DNA of 64,000 nucleotides, taken from the NCBI GenBank assembly GCA_965202585.1, contig OZ241830.1, positions 434,001 to 498,000 of the forward strand, given 5' to 3'. A model generated the notes under the pieces. It made no database searches. It saw only the letters and a list, made by a program, of their open reading frames with translations, and had not been told where the DNA came from. Position numbers and translations under genes: made by a program. Source of the stretch: Thalia democratica (taxonomy: Eukaryota). How positions within the stretch are numbered: the first letter of the stretch is position 1; every line of letters begins with the position of its first letter. Positions 1 to 15,000 of this stretch are shown in pieces.

Positions 1-66
1 TTCATTTTTAAGTATTTTTATATAATATTTTTTGTTTAGTATCTAATTAATAAGTATTCTACTAAC

Positions 67-3000
67 CAATACATTGTGGAAAAAACTTCAATTTGAATCC
101 TTCATCCAAACAAACAGCAGATTCACTTCCCACAAACTTGTGCTTATCATCCGGACATCCGAAAAACACTTCCCTGTTGTACGCGAAAGTAGGGTTTTCC
201 CCACGATCGAGAACAACGCCCTGGTCGTCCAACACTTGCACTTTTTCGCCCAATCTCGGGTACAGACATCTTATTTCTATTGGTTTAAAGCTTTAGTTTT
301 AATCATATACTTACGTTTTTCTGTGTATGATTATGGCGGCGTCGGTGATATTAAATTTTATTACATATTGATTATATACAGTTTGAAACAAGTATAATGT
401 GTTAGTGGTTTACTGAATCAATATTTTTGGTTAGTTTTGACGTCAATTACAACATAAATATTAAACTCAACAAAACATTCGACTTGATTAGAAATTAGTC
501 AAAAATAATTAATTCGTTTTTAATTTTTTTATTACATTTTTTTTTTCTGCTTTAGTTTTATTCTTGTAGTTTTTCAAATCAGCCTATACAGCAACAAGTC
601 ACAAACAAAATCAGTTCAATCACATTCATTCCATGCATTTTAATAGAAAATTTCAAATAATTTGTGTTACAGAGGTCAAACAATTACACTTTTCTAAGTT
701 TTCTTACCTTTTTTGAAGTTCGTTGCAGTACTGTGATTCAAGTTTTTTTTTCAAGTTAAGTATCATTGAAATGTTAAGTTTCTTTACTTAAATTTTTTAA
801 CGAACGCTTCAAATGGTTACAACTTTAGGTTTGTAATTTTGGTTTATGTACATGTAAACTAATAAAAAAAGCTTTGAACATTAATAAGACGAAATAGATT
901 AAAAGGACAAAATTTGTAAAGCTTAAAGTTGTTTTTGTCGTATATTTTAATTTTAAAAGTAAACATTTAAAACCAAGTTAAGATTTTATGAAGAATCTAA
1001 TATGTGTTATATACCAGCACACTGGGGTAGATCCTGGTGGTGATAATCAAAATTCATGTCCTCATCGCACGACGCGTTCATGCTTCCGACCAATTCCCAT
1101 CCCTCATCATTACACTCGAACTTCACCACATCTCCATACTTGTAAGTGTCATCTTCACTCTGCACATTTCCATTTTCATCCACTACCACAACTCTATCAT
1201 CGACTAACACTGGGTACTTACACACTATTTCTGTTAAAGTTTGTTAATTTTTACGTAGTTACCTTTGAACGGTGAACAAAAATTTCTGCTGTTTTCTAGA
1301 TAAAATATGAAGTGTTTTTGAATTTCAAGAACACTGATTTATGTTGTGGTAACTAACTTTACTTGACTTTCCAAATAAGTGAAAACAAAGTTATTCGAAC
1401 AAATTTTTCTAAAAGTTTACTTTTGTAAGATTGATTACAGTTCTTTTACACATTCTAAACCAAAATGTAAAAAAACTCTTATAAATTGTCATACCTTCAC
1501 AACTGGGATACTCGTCAATATCAAAAACAGTTTCTTTAGTGCAATTATAAGGACCTGGATATCCATTTAACTTATATCCTTCATCACAGAAGTAAGTAAT
1601 GTTTGAATAAATATCATAAAATTCATTTAATGGTTCGTAATAACCATTTGTTATATTATTTGGTGGTTCGCAAAACTCGTCAGAGTAATCGTTACCAGTG
1701 AAATCGAAGTCTGGGTCTTCTGTTTTTGTAATGGTAATGGTTTTTCAAAATTTAGTATTTATACTAAAAAAATTATGAAGCTTAAAAAGCTGTTGATATG
1801 AAAAGGTAACTTATTATTCCAAAAAAGTATTATTTTAAAAACTAATTGAACGGTGTTTTCTTTTATACTGAAAAGAGCCCAACTAAGTAAGTAAAGATAC
1901 ATACGCTTTAAAAGTTTAACAAACGATTCAGAAACAAAAAGAAACAATGGGCCATACTCTTAATGAAATTTGTTATATGATTTTACATTTTACAAATTTA
2001 AATTTTACAAAAACAAACTTTCACATTTAGGCATATCATCCCCATTGTAGATGATTTTATTATTTTTACCGCATGTAGCTTTGTCACTTCCACTCAATTT
2101 AAATCCTTTCTTACATTTGAATTCAATTTCATTGTTGTAATTTATATAATCAACTTCATCAGTATTTATTTTAATGTTATCGGCTTCATCTTTATCAGTT
2201 TGATTAACATGAAATATTTCAACGTTGCTATCATCCAACATCGGTACTGGGCATTTTATTTCTGTTTTGAACATTGTTTGTGTTTGAAATTAGTGTTTAA
2301 TAAAAGCTAAAAACAGAACAACGAAATCGTTTTCTGTATCTTTTGAACTGACAAAATAACTTAAAAAGTCTGGAGTGTTTTCAAAATCACAGGATTGACG
2401 TTCAACGCCGGAAACGAAAACAACTGTTTAATTTCCAAGGAAACAAAAAGTAAAAGTATAAACAAACTATTTAATTTAGTGTTTTTATACATAATGATCA
2501 AACAAAAATACAAACTTTCACATGTTGGGTACTCTTCAATATCAAACTCTCCTTCTTCAGTGCAATTATAAGGACCTTCAAGACCCATCATGTAATACCC
2601 TTCATCACAATAATATGTAACATTCGAGTATATCTCATATAATTCATCTAATGGTTCGTAGTAACCATTTGTTATGTTGTTTGGCGGAAAGCAAATGTCG
2701 TCATTGTAATCGTTTCCCTCAAAATTGAAGTCTGGATCCTCTGTTTAATTTTTGCACTTTTATTTCAACTGATGTAATTTTTTCAACTACTTTAAAGACT
2801 TCTTACTAAGTTTAAAGTTTAAGAATATTATTAACCCTATAATTAGACTTTAGTTATTAAATTTTACTTCTCACAACTTTTACAAAAAAACAAACTTTCA
2901 CAGGTGGGCAACTCCTCATCGCTATACTGAAAAGAGCCATATTTTCCGCACTCAGCGTGTTTGCTTCCCGCCAATTTGTATCCCTTCTCGCATTTGAAGT

Positions 3001-6000
3001 GGACGTGATCTCCTGCATCGAACTGATCCTCTTCGCCCGATCTGTTTCCGTCGTCATCAACTACGTACAGTTTGTCGTCATCAACCATCGGGTGTGGACA
3101 CTTGACCCCTGTGGAAACAGTTGGTTAAATTTTGTATAAATAGCTTAAATAAATGGACATTTGATTTCTTTGAATTGAAGAAAATAATTGAGTAAAGCAT
3201 GTTATAGTAAAAATGCATTAATCTTATAAAAAACATGTTATACTAAAAATGACTAAAAATGGATGACTTTTTAAAAGTCACGGGTATAAACTTGTTTTTC
3301 ATTATTTGTAGAGGGAAATACTCTATGATAAGTCATACCCAGAGAACTAATGGAAATTTGATTTCTGTGATTTTAAAGAAGTGATAAATTTTGTATTTAA
3401 AGCTTAAATATAAAGTAGCAATGGAACACAACTATTGTTAGATAAAAAATTGTGGATTAAAATGTTCACTAAAACATTACTATTGGATGAAAACTTTTTG
3501 TGCTAATGAAATAATTTTTTTTTATACCTAAATAAGGTTTAAGTAGTATATAAACATTTATTTCTTGTTATTAAAACAATAAATTATATTGCTTATGTAA
3601 ATATAAAGCAATAATTAAATATAATTGTTTAAAACTCATCACAAATTTTTTACAAGTTCGTTTAATAGTGAGTTAAGAATGTATGTTTATTTCAATTAAA
3701 GAAAATTCAGAAACTATAAACAACTATAAGTAAAGTTTTTATAAAGAATAAAAATAAAATAAAAACTAAAATTATATAGGATTAATTTTGATAAATACTT
3801 TTTCTTATAGACTCATATTCAATAAAAAGTTTTTATACATTACAACTACAACAAACTTTCATTTATTTTTATTAGAAATTATTTAGGCTGCACTTAATCT
3901 ACTTAAAGTAAATGCATTATGTTTTAAAATCTTATCAGACCTTTCAACTTTGTCCTAAAAAAATCATTGTTAAAGTAACCTTAGTGAAAAGTATTTTAAA
4001 CAATAATTATAGAACTTATAAATTAAACTTATAAATAATATTGTACTAAACAAATAGAGTAGAAAATTATAAAATAAAACTTAAAATAAAAAGAAGTAAA
4101 ATGTTAGCCAATCAGAAGCCTAGATTTTGCAGATGACATTTTTATCAAAAAACTACGTAGTTAATTTAAACAATTTTAACAAGTTACATAGCAACCGATA
4201 GTTTTCAAGCATTGTTACGTACTACGCGAGTTTTACATTAAAACTGAAAAAGGAAATAAATTAAAAACCACAAACAATTTAGTTAACATGATAAAAATGT
4301 TTAACAATCGGATACTGAATGTCCCCGTATTTTTGGTCACGTTTCTCTGCTGTAGCGGTACTTTACCATGGATGTACCAACCAAGCAGTATGCCGACCAT
4401 GCCCCAGCTACCAATCAGCCAGGGCTACTTTTGGGCCACGCCCCAGCCAACATTGTACGAGTCAGTTTGGAACAAGGGAAGCGAACTGTACGAAGATGGA
4501 ATAGAAGCTCTGAGGAGCCATCTTGAAAAGCAGCTCCGAAATGAAGAAAAAGAAGAAGAGGAAAAGAGCTTCTACGAACTGCCGTGGAGTGAGATGCTAG
4601 AAAAGATCAACCCTTGGCACAAGCCGAAGAAGATGCCACTGGATGAGCTGATAATTAAAGTAGCAACGCTGAAATATAACGAGCTCAAAAATAATTTTGA
4701 GGAATTCATGAAGAGCAATGAAAACAAGAAACTTCTGGAGGAATTTTTCCTGTCGTTTCTCATTCTCTTCATTACACTTTATGAACTTGGGTCACAGTGA
4801 GTATTCTTATTTGTTCTTGTATTTTTTAAATGTAAAGTCAAATTTATAGGTTCAACTTTAAATTCATGGTTAAAAGCATTATTTTTACAAACCATTCTGT
4901 AATGGTAGTACTTGTAATGGTAAAACAATTTAGAAAATACTTTAAAGTAGTTTAGAGTTAAAAGTTTTATCAAAATATTTTCATCAACAGAATGAAATCA
5001 ATGGTTATAAGGCTGACCAGAACTATATTCAATGACATGAAGACTGCTGTTTGCTTCATATTTAGAATTCTGATGAGACCCTTTAGGTGGAAGAAAAATG
5101 TCAAAAAGGTGTCTGAAACAAATATCAGTAAAGCGAAAGAAGGACAAGAATCCGAGAAAGTAGTGAGTTCTTTTTTTGTGCATCTTTCAGCCAAAAATTT
5201 TAAGTAGCTTCTGCATTTTTATTAGTAGGTTGAAAAAGATTACCTCAAAACTATACTCGTTGAATTTTTTTAAAGGTTCAATCATTTTGTTTTGCATAAC
5301 AAAAACATAATTTTGAAAATATGCAAAGTTTTATTATTTTGCCAGATCTCGGCTGATAAGATACTGGAGGAGTCAAAATTTCTCCAGCCCGCAACTGACA
5401 AGGTGCAAGAGGAACCAAAGCCTCCGATTGAACAACCGAAGAAGGTTTTGAAAGTAGGCAGACCGAGACATGCCAAACCGAAGCCGAAACCTTTTCACGT
5501 GGACAACCCGGACTTTGACGTGTTTCCGAAAAGCAAGAGTCTGTACAAAAGAACCCTGAAGAAGAACCACGATAAGGCGCTGAAAAGGAGAACCACCAAA
5601 AGAAAATTTCAATATTAAGTTTGATTCAAGTAGTTTTTTTGAAAAAAAATGTTTTCCATCTTAAAACTATAAATATGCGTTACATTGTTTGCAATTAAAC
5701 TAACTTAATGATTTAAATACAATGTTATGTCGAGACATATGTAGTTTTAAGTTTGAGATCCAGTATTTAAATTTACAGTTTGTTTGTTTATAGTCTGTAC
5801 GATGTAGGTTTAAAAATTGGATTTATGACGATTTTGGCTGCATAAAACTTAGCATAACTTGTACTTTAAATACATTTTGTAGGTGTAAAAATCAAAAAAA
5901 GTTTTTTTTCAAAGATAAAACTAATAGCAAGAAGTATAAATGCATTTTAGAGTTTATAAAGTTGGAAACATAATTTTTTGACAAAAATCTACTTGGTTCT

Positions 6001-9000
6001 TTCTTACTGTTGATAATTAGAACATAAAACAAAAGAAAATAATTAAAATGGATGAAGACTACTTGGAAATAAAAAATTAAATTTGATTTTAAATAACTTA
6101 ATAAAATATAATTACAGAACTTTTGTGTTTTTATTGAATTATGTATAAAAAAAAAGTATGTTGGTAAATAATTAAAAAAAAATCTTTTGAATGACTTATT
6201 TATTATAATTTTATTCAAATAGTTATTTACTAACATCTTAAATCGACTTTATATATACTTATAGCTTCTTTTTGACTTAGGAAGGTTTAATTAAATAAAT
6301 AAAATCGGGTTTTGATAGTAAAAGTTAAGTAATTTCATACATCAGCTTTTATAAAAAAAATTTAATGTTTAAGTATTTGTGTCTGCAAAACTTTGTTTAA
6401 AAGAAATTCAGTCAGATATTCAAAAGTTTATTTTTGTTAAGCTATTAATTAATATTAACTACTAGGCTAATTGTTTAGCGAAGCCCAGTTGTTAACTACT
6501 TTAAGATAAAAATAAATACCTGTTTATTTTCTATGTCTATATTAACAGCTATATCAAAAATATCTAAATAAAATGAATATTAAAGTACTATTTGTTAAAA
6601 ATTAAAAACTTTATGTATTTTTTAACTATAATTTTCTTTTGTTTCATTAAATTTTTTTTTTGCATTTGATAATTCTTAAATTCAAAACTTTTTTTTTATT
6701 TTTAAAAACAGTTTTATGAACTCATTAAGATAAGTTGTGGTATACTTGATATAATCAATTTAAACTTTTTTTGTTAAGTTACTTTGCTCGTACTCAATTT
6801 AGGATATACCGTTGAAAGTATGATTTAGCTTTAATTGTGCTAAAAATAATCTAAAGAGTTTTAAAAAAGAACAAACTTGAATTACTAAGCTTAAATTTTA
6901 GACCATATGAATTTTTTTATTTTTAAGATCGACAGTTTTTAAAAACAATATTAGAATAATACTGTACATAAATTAACAATGTTAACTTGATTTACTTCAC
7001 GTTTTTATTATTTAATACAATAAAACTAATACCTGTTTTCTGTTCCATACAAGTAGGTTGATCTCCGTTCAAATTAAAATTTCCGTCCTCGCCGCAAACT
7101 GTAGAGTTCATGCCCTCAATCACGTGGTTGGTCGGACAAATGAAGTTGATCTTCGTGTTGACAGTGACGTCATCAATCACGATGTTGTCGCCGTCATCAA
7201 CGATCAAAACTCTGTCGTCGTTCACCATCGGTAGTGGGCATAAGATTTCTGTTGAAATATTATGAAAAGTGTGATAAGTTGTATGATGTTTTAATTGGGA
7301 ACAATTTTTGCACGAAAACTCTGTATTAGGTTTATCGGTTTGAACTATCACATGTTCGATTATAAACTTTATATTAAAAGAAATATGAATAAAACTCTGC
7401 AATTTTAAAGTTTTATGAACTTCAAGTAGAAAATGAATGTACTTTAAAAAGAGAATTAAGTACAAGACTCACAATAAAACTACTAATGATTAAGCTTGAT
7501 AACGTTTGCTTGAAAAATATGTTTTAATAAATTAATATAATAAATAAAAGATTTTAACAACCTTCGCATTGAGGTTTCTCATCGTTGATGAAAGTGAACA
7601 TTTCATTCCTGGAACAAATAGCATTTTCGCTCCCAATAAGTCTGTAGCCCACGTCACAATTGAACACTATGACGTCATTGTAGACATACTTCACCCCGTC
7701 ATCTAAAACATTTCCTTCTTCGTCTTTGAAGTTGATTCTTTTGTCGGCTAGTTTCGGGAACGGACACTCAATTTCTGATTGAAAAATTATAAATTTAGTA
7801 GAATAATTAGAATATCTAAACAAAAGAAAGTTAAAAAATATTTGCAAACATCTGTTCAAGAGTTTTATTAGAAAAAAAATTATTTTACCATTAACTTAAA
7901 AAAAAGGAAAAGTAAACGAAAAGCTTTATAAACAGAATAATTAGTTTCTATTTTAATTTGAATAAAGCGTAAAATATTAACTTATATAAACTCAAACTAA
8001 CTTTCACAACTAGGATACTCGTCAATATCAAAAACGGTTTCTTCAGTACAATTATAAGGACCTGGATACCCATTTAACTTATATCCTTCATCACAGAAAT
8101 AAGTAACGTTTGAATACACATCATAAAATTCATTTAATGGTTCGTAATAACCATTTGTTATATTATTTGGTGGTTCGCAAAATTCATCAGAGTAATCGTT
8201 ACCAGTAAAATCAAAGTCAAAATTTGGATCTTCTACAATATTTTAAGAGTTATTTTTTTGCTCAGCGTACTATTTAAATAATATATATGATGATACAGAG
8301 TTGTAGAAAGGATATAAAACATTTTTGAATGTGTTTTAGTTTAACTTTGTTTGTGTGACAAAAAATTCTTAATAACAGCTCTTCAGACTTTTATTGCTAA
8401 CAGGATAAAAATCATAAACTAGATAAATGAACTTGTTTTATAATGTCATGTCCACACTACGCTAAGGAAAGCTTAAAATTTGTTTTTAATGTGTGTTTTT
8501 TTGATTGTTATCGCCTTTTTTTGTCTACTTATATGCTTATTTTTATATATGTATGAGTTTTTGCGTTAAGTTTTTTTTAAAAAGCCATTTAAAAAAATAA
8601 ATCCCCGTTTTTAAATCTGATGTGTTTACAGCTTCTAAAGTCTAAACAAAAATGTATTAGATTTTAAAATGTTTAATGAGTAAAAACCTTTATATTATAC
8701 TTGTTTAAAGTTTTATAAACTACACTTAAGTTTAGTGTTTGTCTCACTTGAAGTTAGCTTACGTATTTTATCTCTCACTTAAAATTTATCATAGATTATT
8801 TTTTACAAAACATTAATGCTTAACTTTGTTTTGTTTTTATTTTTTATCATTGCTTTGTTTTATTTTTCACTTTTTTTTATGTCTGAAAAGCTTTTACCCA
8901 GCTTATTACATTATCAGATACTTTTTGTTTACAGTGAAATATACTTAGTCACATATAAATTTTTCAAAGACCTATAAAACAATAACAAGCAAGAGAAACA

Positions 9001-12000
9001 ATATATATGCGCTTAAAAGTTGTTTGTTATGTTAAAACCAACCTAAAACTCTTACAATACTTTAGCAATTTTATAGAAAATTATGGATAGAGTTGAGATA
9101 ATTCTTTTTTATATATTACAAAATGAAAAGTAAGTAACATATACAAACTTTCACATTCTGGTTCTTTTTCTTTATTAAATTTAAATTGTGATGATTTATC
9201 GCAAGTAGAATTTTCGCTTTCTTTCAACTTGTACCCCTTTTCACATTTGAAATTTATATTTTCTCCATACTTGAACTTTTCATCTGAAGTTCTATTTATT
9301 TCCTTGTAATTTTCATCGTAAATATGAATTTTGTCATCAGATATCATTGGGAGAGGACACAATATTTCTGAAAAAATGTATCAAAAGGTACATATGTACT
9401 AAAATTCTTATATAGATTTTAAAACTTAATTTTTGCTTTGTAACGCGGGTACCAGATCAAAAAGTTATTGATCAAACACCAACGCTATTTGAATTAGTAT
9501 TTTACTAATTATTTAATCGTAAGTGACGATGTAAATATATACTTTTAGTACCTTCACAATGAGGTTGCTCAATTTCATCAAAATAAAAGGTTTCCGAATC
9601 CCCACAAGTTGCATGCTCACTACCGACTAAATTGAAATCGTCAGGACATTTGAAGTTTAGTACTTGGTTTAATTTAAATTTCTCATCTTTATCAAGAATT
9701 ATGTTCTCGTCATCAAATGCAGTTACCCTGTAGTCTTGTAACATTGGAAATGGACAGAGAATCTCTGTATAATTTTTAGTTTTATTGTACTTTTAGTCAA
9801 TTACAATCTATGAAGGAAAAGTTTCATATTTAAATTCTCTCAATGTTCAAGTTTAGAAAAGTTTAGTTAGGACACCTTTGCATTTAGGTAGTTCATCTTT
9901 TAAATGGAAAAGTCCGTCTTGTTGACAAACTGCTTTTTCCGGTCCTTCTAACTTAAAACCTTCTTGGCATTTGAAGTATATCACTTCATTATACTTTGTT
10001 GGATCGAACAAAGCAATTCCACTATCATCTACAATGAAGACGAGTTTCATGAACTCTTCGACTGGCAGACCCTCATTCAACATGGGCAGAGGACACTCTA
10101 TCTCTGTAACATGAAGTATTAAGTTATATTAAGTTAGACAAACAAATTTTTATTTTCAATATGTATAAAGTTAAGTCAAGCTATTTTTATTTTAGTTAAG
10201 TTTAATGTTTGAAAAAGTACAAAATAAAACTTTAGCTCACAAATAAAGTAACACTATAGCTAGCTTTTTTTTGAAACAATAAGTTTATAAAGTTTATTAT
10301 ATATGATTTTAGTATTTATTTAATTAATTACCTTCACAAGTGGGCATATTACCATCCTCAGTTGATACCACTCCTGTTTCATCACAAACAGCTTCACTAT
10401 TACCATCTAATTTGTAACCTGGTTTGCATTCAAACTTGGCAACTTCCTCGTACTTCAACTTGTCACTTTCTTCCAACTCTACTCCATCGTTGTTTGTTAT
10501 GAGCAGGTTGTCATCCAAACCCATCGGGTACGAGCATTCTACTTCTGTAAAATGATAGTGACGTCACAATTAAATTTGAGTAAGCGCTTGGTAAGAACAA
10601 GTTTTATAAATCTTCAAGCTTAAAAGCATGTAAGAAACAAAACTATCGTTTTATAACTCAGTACATGTTTAAAGTAGTTAGCTGTATAAACATAGCATAT
10701 ACAACAATCTATATCTTGTTGGTTTTACTAACCATAACAGTTAGATTGCAAATTGTTTTCCAATTTTAGCTTTTTCATTAAAACCATTTTTAAGTGTATT
10801 TGAAGCACACCTATAACTAAAAAAAATAGGTTCTTTTACTTGTAACGATAAAATATTTTAGTTTGAAGCTTACGAGATTTGTTGTTTTATAGTATTTTGT
10901 AAAACGGGGATCTACCGAATCTTAATCATCTGTTACAAATGAAATCTGAACAACAAATCATGATCCTTTTAATTTACAATAAATTATGAAACAGTAAACC
11001 TCATAAATGCTGTGTTTAAACTTTTAGGTGGGAACTGTAGTTGCTTGATTTAAAATCAAAAGTAAAATTACAAAGATTAAATCAAACATTAATTTATTGA
11101 ATAAAAACTTTCAAATATAAAATAAATAACCTTCACAATGAGGGGGCTTATCATTTCCGTACATAAATTTCCCTTCCTTCTTACAAACAGCGTTTTCGCT
11201 ACCCACTAATTTGTACCCCTTCTCGCATTTGAAATTGATGGCGAAATTCAGTTTGAAGTCTCCATAGTCTTCCTGCTTCATCAGCTGCCTCGTTTGATCC
11301 ACAACCATCACATTAGAGTCCTCGAATGTCGGATACAAGCACTTTATTTCTGTGAAATGTTGAAATCAAATTATAAATTTATTAGCTCACAAATTCTTTC
11401 ATGAAACAATGTTACACTGAGTTGTTAAATGAGATTAATGAGATCTTTAGTGACACTTTAAATATTATTAAAAAAAAAATTAGATTAAAAAAGAATTTGA
11501 ACCGGTCTGTTATGTAACGAATCATGTATGTAATAAAATTACAGAAACAGTTCAAATAACCCAGATTTAAGAATTCTAGCAGCGTAGATTTTAATCGCCT
11601 TTTATGCTTGTACGAAGTTACAAAAGCAAGTTAAGTGATTTATTAACACTTTAAACCTTTACAGCTAGGAACACCATCAGAGAAGTGAAGTTGCTCATTC
11701 GGTAAACAAACTGATTCTTTAGATCCGTCCAAATAATACTCTTGAGGACAAGTAAAGTGGATGACTTCACTGAATCCTACGTCTTCGCCAATATACTTCT
11801 TGAAATTAGAATCAAGAATGTTTATGTTGTCATCCTCAATAATTTGTAATGAACATCTTATCTCTGTAAATTAAAAAAAAAACTGTTATAACATATTCCA
11901 TATTTTTTTATTATTATTGTATTTTATTTTATTGTTAATTGTGTTTGACGTTATAAAAAAGCTTTAAACAAACACGCTTGGTAAATGAGTTAGTTGGTAG

Positions 12001-15000
12001 ATTTTATAACTACTAAATAAAACTTAAAAAACTTTTTGTTGCTACTGAACTATAGCAATCTGCTAAAAAGTTCAAGGATTAAAAATAAACTATCATATTT
12101 TCTATATCATCGTTTAATCTATTTTATGATAAGTTGTTATAGTTTTTATAAATATGAACTACTAAATTGTTAGTGTTTTTATTGTTTTAAAAGTAAGTTC
12201 TTCTATTTGGTTATTAGAATGTAGTACTTAAAACTTTCTTAAAGTAAAACTGCTTACTAGTTTAAAAATATAAAACTTGTTAAAATTTATGCCCTGTTAA
12301 AGTTTTATCTGTATACAAAAAGTACTTTATGTTTCATTACTAAAAACTTTACTATAAAGTTTTATAACATTTTTTAGGACTTATTGTTTCACTAAACGAT
12401 TAAGAAATACTATCATGCCTCCTATAAAGTTAGTGTAAATTTAACGATAAAGTTAGTAATATATTAGTAGTGGTTTTTTGTTAGTGTTCCTACAAAATTA
12501 AATTCTACCAATAAAATTTCTTCTGCTGTCTGTACAATTTGGTTTATATAATTTGTCACCTTTGCATTTAGGTTCTTCCCCATCAATGAAAATAAACTCC
12601 CCACTGACGTCACAAACAGCTTCATCGGATCCCACTAATCTGTATCCGATGTTGCATTTGAAGTGTATGTTTGAATTAAAATTTAATGTTTCATCTACCG
12701 GGACAAGATCGTTGTTCTTGTCCAGAATCTTTACCATCTTGTTAGTTATTAGTGGTAGTTGACACTCAATTTCTGAAGATAAGTTGATGTTTGTCTTTAT
12801 GTGAACAGTTCAATAAAATTAGTTTAACAAAAAACTTGTTAACTTTCTAACAATGTAGGTTTAAAACAGAAAGTTATAAAAACTAAAAAAGAAATTTAAT
12901 AAACTCTCAAGCTTTAAAATCTGTTTTAAAGTTGATCATGTGAATTAGTTGCATGAGAACTTGTGTTTTTAAGTAAAACAAAAACTAACTTTCACAGCTA
13001 GGATACTCGTCAATATCAAAAACAGTTTCCTCAGTGCAATTATAAGGACCTGGATACCCATTTAACTTATATCCTTCATCACAAAAATAAGTAACATTTG
13101 AATATACATCATAAAACTCATTTAATGGTTCGTAATAACCATTTGTTATATTATTTGGTGGTTCGCAAAACTCATCAGAATAATCGTTACCGGTGAAATC
13201 AAAATCTGGGTCTTCTGTTTAAAAAATTCTTAGTTGTTTCAAAAGTTAAAAGCTGTCTGCTTTTGAGAAAATTATTATACAGTTTGTTATTTTGTAATGT
13301 ATTAAAAGTACTTATTGTACGCAGTTTGTTAACAGTTCAAAGCTTAAAATTGTGCAGGCTTTGATCAAATAACGCTTGCATTTGTTTGTTTTATGTTTCT
13401 ATGAACTCGGTCAAAACTTAGTCAATGTCAGTGAGTGGCAAGAGTTAATAAAATTAAAAAATTACTGAGTTGTTTATAAGAAAAGAAAAAAAAAGAACTA
13501 AATTATTTTATGACATTTTAGCAAATGCGTAGTTGAAAGAGTAAAAAAGTTGTTCAAGTTAACGAACAAAAGGAAATATTATTTTATATATCTTCTAATT
13601 GTAAATAAGCTTTATAAACAAGGTACAAAGTAACATGACAGTTTTAACTAAACAAAAAATCTAAATGATTTTAAAACTTTACAATAAAAACAAACTTTCA
13701 CATTCTGGTTCTTTTTCTTTGTTAAATTTAAATTGTGATGATTTATCGCAAGTAGAATTTTCACTTTCTTTCAACTTGTACCCCTTTTCACATTTGAAAT
13801 TTATATTCTGTCCATATTTAAACTTTTCATCTGAAGTTCTATTGACTTCTGTTCCATTTTCATCGTAAATATGAACTTTGTCGTCAGATATCATAGGAAG
13901 AGGACATAAAATTTCTGAACGTGCTTTTTATTATTATAAATTTGTACAGTGAGAACATTATTATACGTTACTTGCTTGTTTTCTTAATTTTAGTTTAAAA
14001 GTTTACTACGAAATTGTAAGCGAATATTTTGTCAAAATAATAAGTATTATGATAAAGTATATAATAAACAGAGATATCTAATAAGGCTGTTATTTTGTAA
14101 TGTTATATAATTCAACCTTCGCATTGTGGTAGTTCATCTGTGTCATACTCAATTGATCCGGACTTATTACAAATTGCCAATTCACTGCCAACTAAGTTGT
14201 ACCCTTCTGGACATTGGAAAGTCAACACTTTATTTACTTTTATTTTGTCTTCGAAGTTGATTATGTCGTCAATAATGTCAAAGACAATAACTTTTTCGTC
14301 TTGCAACATTGGGAAAGGACACAAAATTTCTGTTTGTTTATACAACTTATATTTTTTAAACTTAACAAACTGACTATAATTAAGTTTCATACTGTTTTAA
14401 AAAATCATTAAACATAATAAAAATTCAGTTTTTAAAAAAATATAAACTTGAGATATGTAAACTATAAATAAAAATCAAATAGTAGATATAACATTCAAAC
14501 TTTTACTAGGAGCTTAAAGCATTTCAATTAAAAAGAGGGTTTAATGAAGATACCTTTGCATTTAGGTAGTTCATCTTTTAAATGGAAAAGTCCATCTTTT
14601 TGACAAACTGCCTTTTCAACTCCTTCTAATTTAAAACCTTCTTGGCATTTGAAGTATATCACTTCATTATACTTAGTTGGATCAACAATGATAACTTTAT
14701 TGTTGTCCACAATTTCTACAGGACTTTCATCGTCTTGTAGATCATTATTTATCATAGGAAGGGGACATTTAACTTCTAAAGTAGTTCAAGTATAAGTGAA
14801 ATAAATTTGAAGTTTTTATTAAAAAATTAAACATTATACCTTCGCAAGTAGGAGTGAAGTCGTTTTCGAAATCGTACGACCCAAACTTATTACAAACAGC
14901 AGATCTACTACCAATTAGATTATACCCATCCGGACACTTGAAATTTAATTTGTCATTTGCTTTTATTTCGTCATCAAAGTTTACAACATCATCGTTCTTA

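Noticed and set aside
5062-5095. CTGATGAGACC...GGTGGAAG, hammerhead-like
   Set aside because: Lies in a coding exon of gene C, with no GAAA core or stem I.
5892-6236. 114-aa minus ORF and similar F/L/K/I-rich intronic ORFs (17291-17590, 35890-36093, 37944-38156, 47758-47985, 51433-51618)
   Set aside because: Composition reflects AT-rich intron sequence; no domain features.
13155-13180. CUGAUGAG...CGAAC in the repeated acidic Sushi exons
   Set aside because: Explained by the codons for S-D-E-F-C-E; no stems and no GAAA.
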